A stretch of 64,000 nucleotides of DNA from Candidatus Nomurabacteria bacterium (GTDB lineage Bacteria > Patescibacteriota > Minisyncoccia > Phycocordibacterales > UBA9973). Position numbers and translations under genes: made by a program. Shown here one piece after another: positions 36,956 to 46,530 of this stretch (position 1 is the stretch's first letter; each line of letters starts with the position of its first letter). The stretch spans positions 29,561 through 93,560 of the forward strand of contig CALRAE010000001.1 of NCBI GenBank assembly GCA_943350445.1. Direction: 5' to 3'. The notes below the pieces were generated by a model. The model was not told where the DNA came from and ran no database searches. It worked only from the letters and a program-made list of their open reading frames with translations.

Positions 36956-38893
36956 ATGGATTTTAATTTTTTCAATAAAAAAGCGGGGCAGAATGTAGGT
37001 CAAAATAAAGGTAAAAAAAACATTAAGACACCAAAGTTTGGCAGTAGTGTTGTCGGGTCAGTATTTATTTTTATGCTCATCACGGCCGTATATTTAGTCG
37101 TGTCTGATAGTGCAAAAGTAATACCAGAAATTCCGATTTCTGATTTAGCCAAAAGTGTTTCTACTGGAGAGGTCAAAAATATTTTGGTGGAGGGCGACAA
37201 GCTGACTATTACTTATAAAAATGATGAGGTAAAGATAGCTAAGAAAGAAGTGGGCTCAGCGCTTTCACAGACTTTATTTAATTATGGTGTGACACCGCTC
37301 GCACTATCTAATACAGGGATAGAAATAAAAAATGAAAGTGGCTTTATGTTCTTACTCTTAAATATTTTGCCTTTCCTTCTTCCAATAGTATTTATTTTAA
37401 TTTTCTTCTGGTATTTATCTAGACAAGTCAAAGGTGCAGGCATACAGGCGATGACTTTCGGACAGTCAAAGGCTCGCATCACAGATCCGAATGATAAAAA
37501 CAATCGCGTGACTTTCAAAGATGTGGCCGGATGCAAAGAAGCGAAAGAAGAATTAAAAGAAATTGTTGATTTCTTGAAGAGTCCTAAAAAATTCCTCGAT
37601 ATCGGCGCGCGTATTCCAAAAGGCGTCATCTTGACTGGTTCTCCAGGTACAGGCAAGACCTTGCTCGCGCGAGCGGTGGCAGGGGAGGCAGGCGTCCCAT
37701 TCTTCCATTTGTCTGGATCAGAATTTGTGGAGATGTTTGTGGGTGTCGGAGCATCTCGCGTACGAGACCTTTTCAAAATGGCAAAGAAAGCAGCTCCAGC
37801 TATTATCTTCGTAGATGAGATAGATGCTATCGGGCGCACACGCGGTGGAGGCTTTGGCGGGGGGAATGACGAGCGTGAGCAGACTTTGAACCAAATATTG
37901 GTGGAGATGGATGGTTTCGAACCAAACGACAAGGTGATAGTCATGGCGGCGACCAACAGGCCAGATGTTCTCGACCCTGCGCTTATTCGCCCAGGACGTT
38001 TCGATCGAAAAGTGCTGCTTGATTTACCTGATCGCGCTGACCGTGAAGAGATATTAAAGATACATGCGATGAAGAAGCCTTTGGCGGAAGATATTAATTT
38101 AAAATTAATCGCGGAGCGCACTCCTGGATTCTCGGGTGCTGACCTTTATTCTCTAATGAACGAAGGTGCAATATTAGCTGCTCGTGAAAACAGAAAAAAA
38201 GTTTTCCAATTTGATTTAATACGAGCGATTGAGAAAGTCATGCTTGGGCCCGAGAGGAAGAGTCATCTACTTTCTAAGAAAGAAAAAGAAATTACTGCAT
38301 ATCACGAAGCTGGACACGCTCTAGTGGCTTCAGTACTTCCGTATGCTGACCCAGTGCATAAAGTTTCCATAATCGCTCGTGGGAATGCTGGGGGCTACAC
38401 CATGAAGCTTCCACTCGAAGAAAGACGCCTACAGTCAAAGAAAGAATTTATCGATGATATTGCTATGTCTCTCGGTGGATATGTGGCAGAGAAAATGATC
38501 TTTGGGGATATAACGACTGGCCCTTCCTCTGATCTACAAATGTCTACAAACCTAGCCAAGGCGATGGTCACACGTTGGGGTATGTCTGATCTTATTGGTC
38601 CAATAGCCCTTAATGGTGGAGGTGGCAGAGCTCATTATGGGGAAGTGGTTGAACAAGAATATTCTGAAGCTATTTCTGCAAAAGTCGATTCTGAGATTTC
38701 AAGAATCATTACTGATGGATTAAAATCTGCTGAAAAGGTCCTCAATGAACACCGTAAAGCTTTTGATGCTATAGCCAAGAAACTCATCGAAGTGGAGACA
38801 TTGGAGCAAGAAGAATATGAGAAGTTGCTCACGGCGCATGGGATAGTCTTGAAAAAAAAGGAAATCATAACACCTGCACCAGCTGCAGTTTAA
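36956..38893 (+). CDS. ftsH: ATP-dependent zinc protease FtsH
   Basis: Two TMs, GTGKT, DEID, RPGRFDR, HEAGH. Confidence 0.98.
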   Translation: MDFNFFNKKAGQNVGQNKGKKNIKTPKFGSSVVGSVFIFMLITAVYLVVSDSAKVIPEIPISDLAKSVSTGEVKNILVEGDKLTITYKNDEVKIAKKEVGSALSQTLFNYGVTPLALSNTGIEIKNESGFMFLLLNILPFLLPIVFILIFFWYLSRQVKGAGIQAMTFGQSKARITDPNDKNNRVTFKDVAGCKEAKEELKEIVDFLKSPKKFLDIGARIPKGVILTGSPGTGKTLLARAVAGEAGVPFFHLSGSEFVEMFVGVGASRVRDLFKMAKKAAPAIIFVDEIDAIGRTRGGGFGGGNDEREQTLNQILVEMDGFEPNDKVIVMAATNRPDVLDPALIRPGRFDRKVLLDLPDRADREEILKIHAMKKPLAEDINLKLIAERTPGFSGADLYSLMNEGAILAARENRKKVFQFDLIRAIEKVMLGPERKSHLLSKKEKEITAYHEAGHALVASVLPYADPVHKVSIIARGNAGGYTMKLPLEERRLQSKKEFIDDIAMSLGGYVAEKMIFGDITTGPSSDLQMSTNLAKAMVTRWGMSDLIGPIALNGGGGRAHYGEVVEQEYSEAISAKVDSEISRIITDGLKSAEKVLNEHRKAFDAIAKKLIEVETLEQEEYEKLLTAHGIVLKKKEIITPAPAAV

Positions 38894-38924
38894 GTATTTC
38901 CAGTTTGAAAATTTAAAATCTAAA

Positions 38925-39398
38925 ATGCAAAATAAATTTTGGGGATGGTATAAGAGATGGTATAAGATTATCGCACCACTCACGGCGCTGCTTTTTTTGT
39001 CACAAATAGTCCACCTATATTGGATGACGACCAATATTGTTTTCTTTAAAGTTTTTGGACATGCATTTTGGGATCCTAGTGTTTTTTGGAATATTGTCAT
39101 TGCACTTATAGATTATTTTGAGATCCCTGCGATTATTTCTAGTACAGTTTTTTATATTCACCAGTATCGACAAGGTGTGGATCTCAAATGGAAAAGTTTG
39201 TTGTTTCTGTTCTTGATTAATTCTCAATGGATTCATCTATTTTGGATTACTGATGAGATAATTTACGAGCAGTTTGTGGGTACCTCTCTTGTTGCGATAC
39301 CTATATGGCTCTCTTGGATAGCTATTTTTATAGATTATCTAGAGCTTCCAGTTATGTATGATACAGTAAAAAAGGCGGTAATCTCTTTGCGTACTTAA
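38925..39398 (+). CDS. Hypothetical membrane protein with internal duplication
   Basis: Repeated Q..HL.W.T and IDY.E.P motifs. Confidence 0.7.
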   Translation: MQNKFWGWYKRWYKIIAPLTALLFLSQIVHLYWMTTNIVFFKVFGHAFWDPSVFWNIVIALIDYFEIPAIISSTVFYIHQYRQGVDLKWKSLLFLFLINSQWIHLFWITDEIIYEQFVGTSLVAIPIWLSWIAIFIDYLELPVMYDTVKKAVISLRT

Positions 39399-39475
39399 GA
39401 GGGAAGGGTAGTTTTACTCGTGTATACGAACCATGGTATACTATGCCAATACCTATCATTCATAGGTTCACTATA

Positions 39476-40150
39476 ATGGCAAGAAAATTAGATAAACAAA
39501 AGGCTCTAGCTATGCGTCAAAAGGGGATGAGTTATAGCCAGATTAAAGATCATATTGGTGTAAGTAAGAGCACCTTGAGTGGGTGGCTTAAAGATTTTCC
39601 TCTTAGTGAAAAAAGAATTAGAGAGTTGAGGGACAATAGCCCAATTCGTATTGAACGCTACAGGAATACAATGCGAGCTAAAAAAGAAGCCCGCCTAAAG
39701 ATGGTTTATGAAAAAGTGTCGAAAGACATAGGTGTTTTCTCAAAACGAGAAATTTTCTTATTGGGCATGTTCTTGTACTGGGGAGAAGGCACTAAAGCTA
39801 AAAATACTTCAGTTGCTCTCACAAATACAAATCCCGCAATGGTTAAGTTCTTTATCAATTGGCTTGATTCGTTTAATGTGCAAAGGAAAAAATTAAAAGT
39901 TAAATTGTATTTATATTCCGATATGAATATTAATAAATCTATTGCTTTTTGGTCAAAAGAGCTTAGAATACCAGTAAGCCAATTTACGAAGCCATACATT
40001 AAAAAGACTAATTTGGCATCGATAACTTATAAAAATGGCTTTGGTAAGGGGACTTGTTGTGTAATGTTTGATAATCGAGATCTTTTGGAATATATAATAA
40101 TGGGTTTGAAATATATTTCTGAAGTTAGTAATAAAAATATCCACCCTTAG
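39476..40150 (+). CDS. HTH + LAGLIDADG-like protein, tRNA-adjacent
   Basis: GMSYSQI...VSKSTLSGW HTH; LYWGEG.K...NT.P motif; stop codon inside tRNA. Confidence 0.7.
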   Translation: MARKLDKQKALAMRQKGMSYSQIKDHIGVSKSTLSGWLKDFPLSEKRIRELRDNSPIRIERYRNTMRAKKEARLKMVYEKVSKDIGVFSKREIFLLGMFLYWGEGTKAKNTSVALTNTNPAMVKFFINWLDSFNVQRKKLKVKLYLYSDMNINKSIAFWSKELRIPVSQFTKPYIKKTNLASITYKNGFGKGTCCVMFDNRDLLEYIIMGLKYISEVSNKNIHP

Positions 40151-40213
40151 CTCAGTTGGTAGAGCGAGCGCCTTATACGCGCCAGGTCCCTGGTTCGAGT
40201 CCAGGAGGGTGGA
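40141..40213 (+). tRNA. tRNA-Ile(UAU)
   Basis: Cloverleaf; anticodon loop CU-UAU-AC; A73; CCA not encoded. Confidence 0.88.
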
Positions 40214-40283
40214 CATTAACGAGTTTTAAAAGGTTTTTAAAGAACCCTTGTAATTTATTTAGATTATAAGATATAATATAGTC

Positions 40284-40466
40284 ATGGAAAACCAAAAGAC
40301 AGGCGTAGATGAAATTTTTACTTGCGCAAAGTGTGGGAAGCAGAAAAAAAGATCCGAAGGGAAATTTGTTTTGGAGGGTTCTACTTTTTGTTGCAAGCAG
40401 TGTTGTGGTGATCCTTCTATTAGTAAGCATAAGGAAAAAGCTTCAGCTGTCTGTGAATTTTGTTAA
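40284..40466 (+). CDS. Small Cys-rich metal-binding protein
   Basis: CxxC...FCCxxCC...CxxC in 60 aa. Confidence 0.65.
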   Translation: MENQKTGVDEIFTCAKCGKQKKRSEGKFVLEGSTFCCKQCCGDPSISKHKEKASAVCEFC

Positions 40467-40474
40467 ATTTTGTG

Positions 40475-41272
40475 ATGAAAAGACATTTATTTTTTTTAGT
40501 CATTATCTTTTTTATGAGCGCCAGTTCTGTTTTGGCGCATGTTGGGAATGAGTCCACTTTAGTAGAGACGATATCAAAAAATTCTTTTTCCTTTGTTACG
40601 ATTGGTGGTTTTTTAATTTCATTTTTAGTGATTTTGGCAAGCTTATATCCAAAATCTTCAGAGGCTTTTAAAATTTCTGTATTTGTTTTAATTACAATTA
40701 TCTCTTTGGGTATTACGTTTTATCTTTCCGGAACAACTATATATAAAAATAACAAATCAGCCACTGGTGGGCCAGTCCACTGGCACGCTGATTTTAGGAT
40801 TTTTACTTGCGGAGAAGAATTAGATTTAATCAAACCAACTGGATTTTTTAACAGAATTGGTAAAACTGATCTGCATGAACATGGTGATAAAAGAATTCAT
40901 GTAGAGGGAGTTGTAATGGATAAAAGAGACATCTCTCTGAGTAACTTTTTTAAAGTTATTGGTGGTAATCTTGCTTACGGTGAGTTTAATTTCCCAGGCC
41001 GAGAGAAATATGAAAGATTTATAGATGGTGATAAATGTGAAGATGGGCGAGAGGGTAAACTTCAAGTTTTTGTGTATAAGACCGAAGGAATGGAAATTAA
41101 ACAGAACAAAATTGCAGATTATCCTGAATATGTATTGTCTGGAGAATCAAAAATTCCTCCCGGTGATTGCATAATTTTTGAATTTACTCCTGATGAAAAA
41201 GATAAAACTGATCAGATTTGTAATTTTACAAAGATTGCCATAGATAAAGGAAAATTTAATTATATAAAATAA
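40475..41272 (+). CDS. Membrane-anchored His-motif protein
   Basis: Signal/TMs; HWHAD, HEH, IHVEG motifs. Confidence 0.7.
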   Translation: MKRHLFFLVIIFFMSASSVLAHVGNESTLVETISKNSFSFVTIGGFLISFLVILASLYPKSSEAFKISVFVLITIISLGITFYLSGTTIYKNNKSATGGPVHWHADFRIFTCGEELDLIKPTGFFNRIGKTDLHEHGDKRIHVEGVVMDKRDISLSNFFKVIGGNLAYGEFNFPGREKYERFIDGDKCEDGREGKLQVFVYKTEGMEIKQNKIADYPEYVLSGESKIPPGDCIIFEFTPDEKDKTDQICNFTKIAIDKGKFNYIK

Positions 41273-41273
41273 T

Positions 41274-41984
41274 ATGGGAATAGAAGCACAATTACCTACA
41301 ATACTTACAGTTATAATCACAGCAGCAATTGATTCAATCAATCCGTGTGCTATTGGTGTTTTGATTTTAATGATTTCAGTAATCTTAGGTTCGGGTGGCT
41401 CTATTAAGAGAATGGTGTTCCTTGGGTTCGTATATACTGCTTCTGTATTTGTGGTCTATCTAGCTGCAGGAATTGGCTTAGTTTATTATTTTGCTAGTAT
41501 TCCACTTTTTGTTGTTGAATATCTTTCTATCTCGGTTGGTATTATTGTTATTTTTGTTGGACTTTTAGAGATTAAAGATTATTTTTGGTATGGCCGTGGC
41601 TTTTCACTTTCTATACCTAAAACCGCAAGTCAAAAATTACATAATTATGCTTCTCGTATGTCTGTTTTTGGGATTATGTTTCTCGGAGCCTTTGTATCGG
41701 CCGTTGAATTGCCTTGCACAGGAGCCCCGTATCTTGCAATAATAACAATTCTTTCCCAGTATTTTGATTTCAAGGCTTTAATGCTTTTAGTTTTATATAA
41801 TTTCATTTTTGTTTCACCCCTAATCATCATAATTTTATTAATTGCAGCTGGAAAAAAGATTGAAGATATTCAACAATGGAAACAAGATTCGCGTGGCACA
41901 ATGAGATTGTTTATAGGACTTCTACTTATAGCTTTGTCTTGGTTCTTGATATTAATAGCAAACGGAACAATTAATCTAGGATAA
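41274..41984 (+). CDS. CcdA/DsbD-family transmembrane thiol-disulfide protein
   Basis: DSINPCA and ELPCTGAPY. Confidence 0.8.
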   Translation: MGIEAQLPTILTVIITAAIDSINPCAIGVLILMISVILGSGGSIKRMVFLGFVYTASVFVVYLAAGIGLVYYFASIPLFVVEYLSISVGIIVIFVGLLEIKDYFWYGRGFSLSIPKTASQKLHNYASRMSVFGIMFLGAFVSAVELPCTGAPYLAIITILSQYFDFKALMLLVLYNFIFVSPLIIIILLIAAGKKIEDIQQWKQDSRGTMRLFIGLLLIALSWFLILIANGTINLG

Positions 41985-41996
41985 GATAATAAGGTC

Positions 41997-42596
41997 ATGG
42001 ATAATAATACAATTACAAAATCTATACATCATCATAAATCAATGGGCCATTTAGCCCATCAACCAATTACAGATATTGTGAAGTTTAGTGCTATGCGTCT
42101 TGTAAAAGTTCGCTTGCCATGGCTTTTATTTGGGTTAGTGGGCGGTATGGTGGCTACATTAATTGTTCGCTCATCTGAGGGTGCTTTATTGGAAAGACTA
42201 GCTCTTGCTTTTTTTATACCCGTGATTGTATACATGTCTGACGCAGTGGGTACGCAAACAGAAACACTTTTTATACGAGCCTTGGTTATTGAAAAGATTA
42301 ATCTCGCAAAATATTTAGTAAAAGAAGTTTTTGTGGGGTTTTTATTGGGAACAGTTTTAGGGGTATTACTTTTTATTTATTCTATGATTATGTTTAATGA
42401 TATTGAGGTTTCTTTTGTAGTTGCTATATCTATTGTTGTAAGTTCAATTTGTTCGGTAATAATCGCAACCCTAGTCCCTCTTCTTTTACGGCATTTTGGT
42501 AAAGATCCAGCTATTGGAGCTGGACCGTTTACAACTATCGTCCAAGATATTTTTGCTTTAGTTATTTATTTTATAATTTCAGCAATTATAATATAA
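41997..42596 (+). CDS. MgtE membrane domain protein
   Basis: RLPWL, FIP......GTQ, DPA..AGPF.T..QD. Confidence 0.88.
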   Translation: MDNNTITKSIHHHKSMGHLAHQPITDIVKFSAMRLVKVRLPWLLFGLVGGMVATLIVRSSEGALLERLALAFFIPVIVYMSDAVGTQTETLFIRALVIEKINLAKYLVKEVFVGFLLGTVLGVLLFIYSMIMFNDIEVSFVVAISIVVSSICSVIIATLVPLLLRHFGKDPAIGAGPFTTIVQDIFALVIYFIISAIII

Positions 42597-42612
42597 AAAG
42601 TTTAATATCCTA

Positions 42613-44817
42613 TTATTCGAAGTGGAATTCCGATACTTTTTGGTGAACTTTTTGTTTGAGTAAGGGGTAGTTTATAAGTTCTGGGTCTTCTTCTATTAGT
42701 CTTATTGCTTCAGTTCGTGCGGCTTCGACCATCTTTAAATTTTTTATCGCTTCCATGCCTAGGTCTGTGATGCCCCATTGTTTAGTGCCTCCGAGTTCAC
42801 CAGCGCCTCGTAGGGCGAGGTCGAGCTCGGCAAGTTCAAAGCCATTTTTTGCAGTTTTGAGGGCTTTCAGTCGGTCCATGGTCTTCTCGCTTTTCGCTTC
42901 GGCAAAGACATAGCAATAAGCTTGATGAGTGCTTCTTATCACGCGTCCGCGGAGCTGGTGCAGCTGGGCCAAGCCGAACCTCTCGGCGCCTTCAATGACG
43001 ATGACGGTGGCGTTTGGGACATTCACACCGACTTCCACTACTGAGGTGGCGCAGAGGATGTGAATTTTTCCCTCGGTGAATTCTTGCATCACTGCTTCCT
43101 TTTTCTCCTTACTCATTTTACTATGAAGTATTCCTATCTCATATTCTTTGAACACATCTTTCTTCAACCTCTTGGCTTCTTCAGTGACTGATTTCATATT
43201 GAGTGCGAGCTCTTTCTCTGGGTCTGGTTCATTTATTCTCGGGCAGATAATGTAGAGCTGTCTACCAGATTCTAATTCTTTCCTTATTTTTTCATAAGTC
43301 TCTGTGCGCTTATTTGGTGTGATTATTTCTGTGATAATTTGTTTTCTTCCAGCTGGCATCTCGTCTAGGAGTGAGAGGTCTAAGTCTCCATATACAGTGA
43401 GTGCGAGTGTGCGGGGGATGGGAGTGGCAGTCATGGATAGTAGGTGGGGCGCGACGCCGTCTTTACGGACTAGTTTTCGTCTTTGAGCTGTACCAAAACG
43501 ATGCTGTTCATCTATAACCACGAGGGCTAAGTTTTTAAATTTAACAGCTTTTTGAATTAGGGCGTGGGTACCGATCAAAATAGGTATTTCCCCATTTGCT
43601 ACCCATTTAAGTAATTGTGTACGAGAAATATCAGTCCAGCTTGCCCCGTTTGCGGGGCCAATCGTCTTTGAGGGAAACTTCCGACACCCCGAACCGGTAA
43701 TCAGCCCAATGTTTATAGGCAAGTGGCGGAAGTATTGTATAAAAGATTCGAAATGTTGAGCCGCAAGTATTTCTGTGGGTGCCATATAGGCTACTTGCAA
43801 GTTTCCAAAGTTCTGCCCGTTCGGTCGCTGTTTGACTGTCAGATAGCTTGCCGTAGCTGCTACGGCTGTTTTACCACTTCCGACGTCGCCTTCGAGCAGG
43901 CGAGACATAGGGACGTTCTTTCCGATATCATTTAATATGGTTTCAATGGAATTTTTTTGTGAATTTGTTGGTTCAAAAGGGAAGCGTTTCAGGAAATCTT
44001 GCACACTCACATCGTCTTTCTTAATTTGGAAAGATTTATTTTTTCTGTATTCAAATTTATCATGCTGACGTTCGAGTTGGATGCAAAAGACTTCTTCAAA
44101 AGCAAATCTTTTGCGGGCAGATTCAGCATCATCTTTATCTTTTGGTTTATGTATCCATATAAGGGCAGTCTTGAGTGTCGGCAAGTTATACTTTTTTAAA
44201 ATATCGGCTGGCACATAATCCTCTAGATTATCTAATGTTTTTTCCCTAAGTATTTTTTCTATTGCATGATAAAACCACTTGGAAGTTATGCCTCGAGTTT
44301 CAGCATAAATAGGGTAAGAAAATCCTTCGTTTTTTATCTCCCCCTGCAAAGGGGGAGTGCCTGCAACGCGAGGGGGTCTGAAGAGCGTATTGTGTGAATC
44401 TATGGGCATATCGAGCATCTTTTCAAATTCTGGATTTGCTAGGTAAGTGCCACTTTTACTTTCTGTCACTTTGCCGGTTAATTTTACAGTGTCACCTTCG
44501 TGGATCATCTTGGCTAGATAGGCTTGGTTAAACCAAATAATTTTAATTTTACCCGATAAGTCTTCTATTGTCCCCTCAGCCATGGGTATTTTTGAGTGGA
44601 ACCCTTTTTTAGTTCTCAGGTTTGAAACCTTACCATAGACCGTCGCCACATCTCCAGCAGTTAATTCTGTGATTCTTTTTACTTCACTTATGTCGCTATA
44701 ACGAACAGGGAAGTCGAAAATCAGGTCAGCCACGGAGAAAAGTTTGAGCTTATGTAGTGCCTTTTTCTGATTTACATCCAGCCTGAATTTTGTTTCTAGT
44801 TTATCATGAAGTTCCAT
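42613..44817 (-). CDS. recG: ATP-dependent DNA helicase RecG
   Basis: GDVGSGKT, DEQHRFG, MTATPIPR, QLRGRV. Confidence 0.97.
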   Translation of the reverse strand: MELHDKLETKFRLDVNQKKALHKLKLFSVADLIFDFPVRYSDISEVKRITELTAGDVATVYGKVSNLRTKKGFHSKIPMAEGTIEDLSGKIKIIWFNQAYLAKMIHEGDTVKLTGKVTESKSGTYLANPEFEKMLDMPIDSHNTLFRPPRVAGTPPLQGEIKNEGFSYPIYAETRGITSKWFYHAIEKILREKTLDNLEDYVPADILKKYNLPTLKTALIWIHKPKDKDDAESARKRFAFEEVFCIQLERQHDKFEYRKNKSFQIKKDDVSVQDFLKRFPFEPTNSQKNSIETILNDIGKNVPMSRLLEGDVGSGKTAVAATASYLTVKQRPNGQNFGNLQVAYMAPTEILAAQHFESFIQYFRHLPINIGLITGSGCRKFPSKTIGPANGASWTDISRTQLLKWVANGEIPILIGTHALIQKAVKFKNLALVVIDEQHRFGTAQRRKLVRKDGVAPHLLSMTATPIPRTLALTVYGDLDLSLLDEMPAGRKQIITEIITPNKRTETYEKIRKELESGRQLYIICPRINEPDPEKELALNMKSVTEEAKRLKKDVFKEYEIGILHSKMSKEKKEAVMQEFTEGKIHILCATSVVEVGVNVPNATVIVIEGAERFGLAQLHQLRGRVIRSTHQAYCYVFAEAKSEKTMDRLKALKTAKNGFELAELDLALRGAGELGGTKQWGITDLGMEAIKNLKMVEAARTEAIRLIEEDPELINYPLLKQKVHQKVSEFHFE
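44337..44378. repeat. Hairpin repeat inside recG frame
   Basis: ctccccc-tgcaaa-gggggag...agggggtc, encodes RPPRVAGTPPLQGE. Confidence 0.6.
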
Positions 44818-44853
44818 TTATGGATTATATAACATTTATGTTACAATTGAATC

Positions 44854-45126
44854 ATGAATGCAATCGAACAATCACAAGCTTTCTTTTTTATTTCTTCAAT
44901 CGGATTTGTAATTCTGGGGGTATTGGTCGGGGTACTTGTATTCTACCTTGTCCGCATTAGTCGTACTTTTTCTAGGATTATCGATAAAGCGGAAGCAGAT
45001 ATAAACAATATAGGAGACACTACGAAAGAAATATTGTCTGACATTAGAGAGAGTACATTATTCCAATTCCTAGATAGGTTTATAAAAAAGAAAAAAACTA
45101 CGAAGAAGACAAAGATGTCTAACTAA
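44854..45126 (+). CDS. Small single-TM coiled-coil protein (DUF948-like)
   Basis: N-terminal TM plus helix; basic tail. Confidence 0.6.
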   Translation: MNAIEQSQAFFFISSIGFVILGVLVGVLVFYLVRISRTFSRIIDKAEADINNIGDTTKEILSDIRESTLFQFLDRFIKKKKTTKKTKMSN

Positions 45127-45174
45127 TTATTATTTTAAATATAAATTGCGCCAAGCGTGATTTTGCTAAATCAT

Positions 45175-45510
45175 ATGAAAAAAAATGTAAAAAAGGTTGT
45201 ATATAAAGGGATGTCTGGTGGTAAGAAGGTGGCGATAGGAGGAGCGATAGCGGCGATCGGAGCTGGCGCATATTACCTTTTAGGGCCCGATGCAAAAGCG
45301 CATCAAAAGAAGACGTCCGCTCTTTTAGCCAAAGTAAAAAAAGAAGTGCAAAGTGAAGCCAAAAAAGTAAAAGAATTATCTGGCCCTCTATATCACAAGG
45401 CAGTAGATGTAATATCAGCAAATTATGCCAAGCAATACAAAGCTCATAGAAAGGAGATAGTAGCTTTTGCGGCTAAACTAAAAAAGGAATACAAGAAAAT
45501 AGTTAAATAG
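45175..45510 (+). CDS. YtxH-like protein
   Basis: GGAIAAIGAGAYYLLGP followed by Lys-rich helix. Confidence 0.6.
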   Translation: MKKNVKKVVYKGMSGGKKVAIGGAIAAIGAGAYYLLGPDAKAHQKKTSALLAKVKKEVQSEAKKVKELSGPLYHKAVDVISANYAKQYKAHRKEIVAFAAKLKKEYKKIVK

Positions 45511-45919
45511 TCTTATTCTCTAACTTTCTTTTCTCAAAATATTCATCTAGGGACCAAGCACTTGATCCATGTAAAAATATGGAAATTAAAGCCATACTGA
45601 GTCCAAAATCACGAACACCTATTTCGTTATATCCGACACTAAATGCGATTCCGAATAAATGCAGAGAGAGAAGTCCTGCAACTATTCTTGTGTAAAATCC
45701 GGCTATCAGAAGTGCTCCGAATACTAGCTCAAACAATCCGTTCATGTAAACAAAATTCATTTTACTAATGGGCAATTTATCTATCCATTCTGGCAAGTAT
45801 CCAATCCATGAAACTGGGCTGGTTATTTGTTGTGAACCGAACCAAAACATGACCAAACCAAGGGCAATTCGCATTACAACAGGAGCAAACGGTTGCATTT
45901 TTGTTTTTATATTTTCCAT
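45503..45919 (-). CDS. DoxX family membrane protein
   Basis: RIALG..FG, E...G.LL..G..TR, RD, G...SLD. Confidence 0.85.
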   Translation of the reverse strand: MENIKTKMQPFAPVVMRIALGLVMFWFGSQQITSPVSWIGYLPEWIDKLPISKMNFVYMNGLFELVFGALLIAGFYTRIVAGLLSLHLFGIAFSVGYNEIGVRDFGLSMALISIFLHGSSAWSLDEYFEKRKLENKTI

Positions 45920-45942
45920 ATATAAATAATATCACAAAACAT

Positions 45943-46030
45943 TGGCGGAGCCGGTGAGATTCGAACTCACGGTCCAATAAAGGACGGCGGTTTAGTAAAC
46001 CGCTGATTTAAACCACTCATCCACGGCTCC
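45943..46030 (-). tRNA. tRNA-Ser(ACU)
   Basis: GGAGCCG acceptor, long variable arm, G73-CCA, loop UU-ACU-AA. Confidence 0.88.
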
Positions 46031-46125
46031 ATGCTGACTTTTCAAAACTAAGGGGAGTATAGCAGAAAAAATGGAAAAACCAATGGAAAAATATGCAGAA
46101 TATGATAGAGTGATAAATAGAAAAA

Positions 46126-46217
46126 GGAGCCGTGTCAGAGTGGTCTAACGTACCTCTTTGCTAAAGAGGCAGGGGCTTCAAAACCCCTCGGCGGTTCGAA
46201 TCCGCCCGGCTCCGCCA
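46126..46217 (+). tRNA. tRNA-Ser(GCU)
   Basis: Same acceptor stem, long variable arm, loop UU-GCU-AA, CCA. Confidence 0.95.
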
Positions 46218-46530
46218 AAGGCAATTTAGTATGAAAGCGATCCGTCGCATATTTACTTTTTAGTTTTACTGAGTTTGGTATTTATTGTTAATATATACTT
46301 ATGGAGTTTGCTGAATTTTACTTATATTTCGATAATTTCAGCATATTTAGTTGTCATCGTTTTCAGGGTTTCGGTCTCTTTACTTATCGAGAAAAAAGAA
46401 TTTGATTAGAAATTGTTTTTTTAATGAATGATTTAAGATGTGACAATAAGCTATTTACTAGCATTACTTTGCGTAAATTGATACAATTACACTGGTACTC
46501 TGGTACTATTATAAATTAACCTATATTTTT

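Noticed and set aside
37282-38121. 279-aa minus-strand ORF and similar antisense ORFs over tuf, fusA and rplE
   Set aside because: Antisense shadows of conserved genes
46301-46410. Small ORF(s) after tRNA-Ser(GCU)
   Set aside because: Two competing ~33-aa frames with no motif; cannot support either
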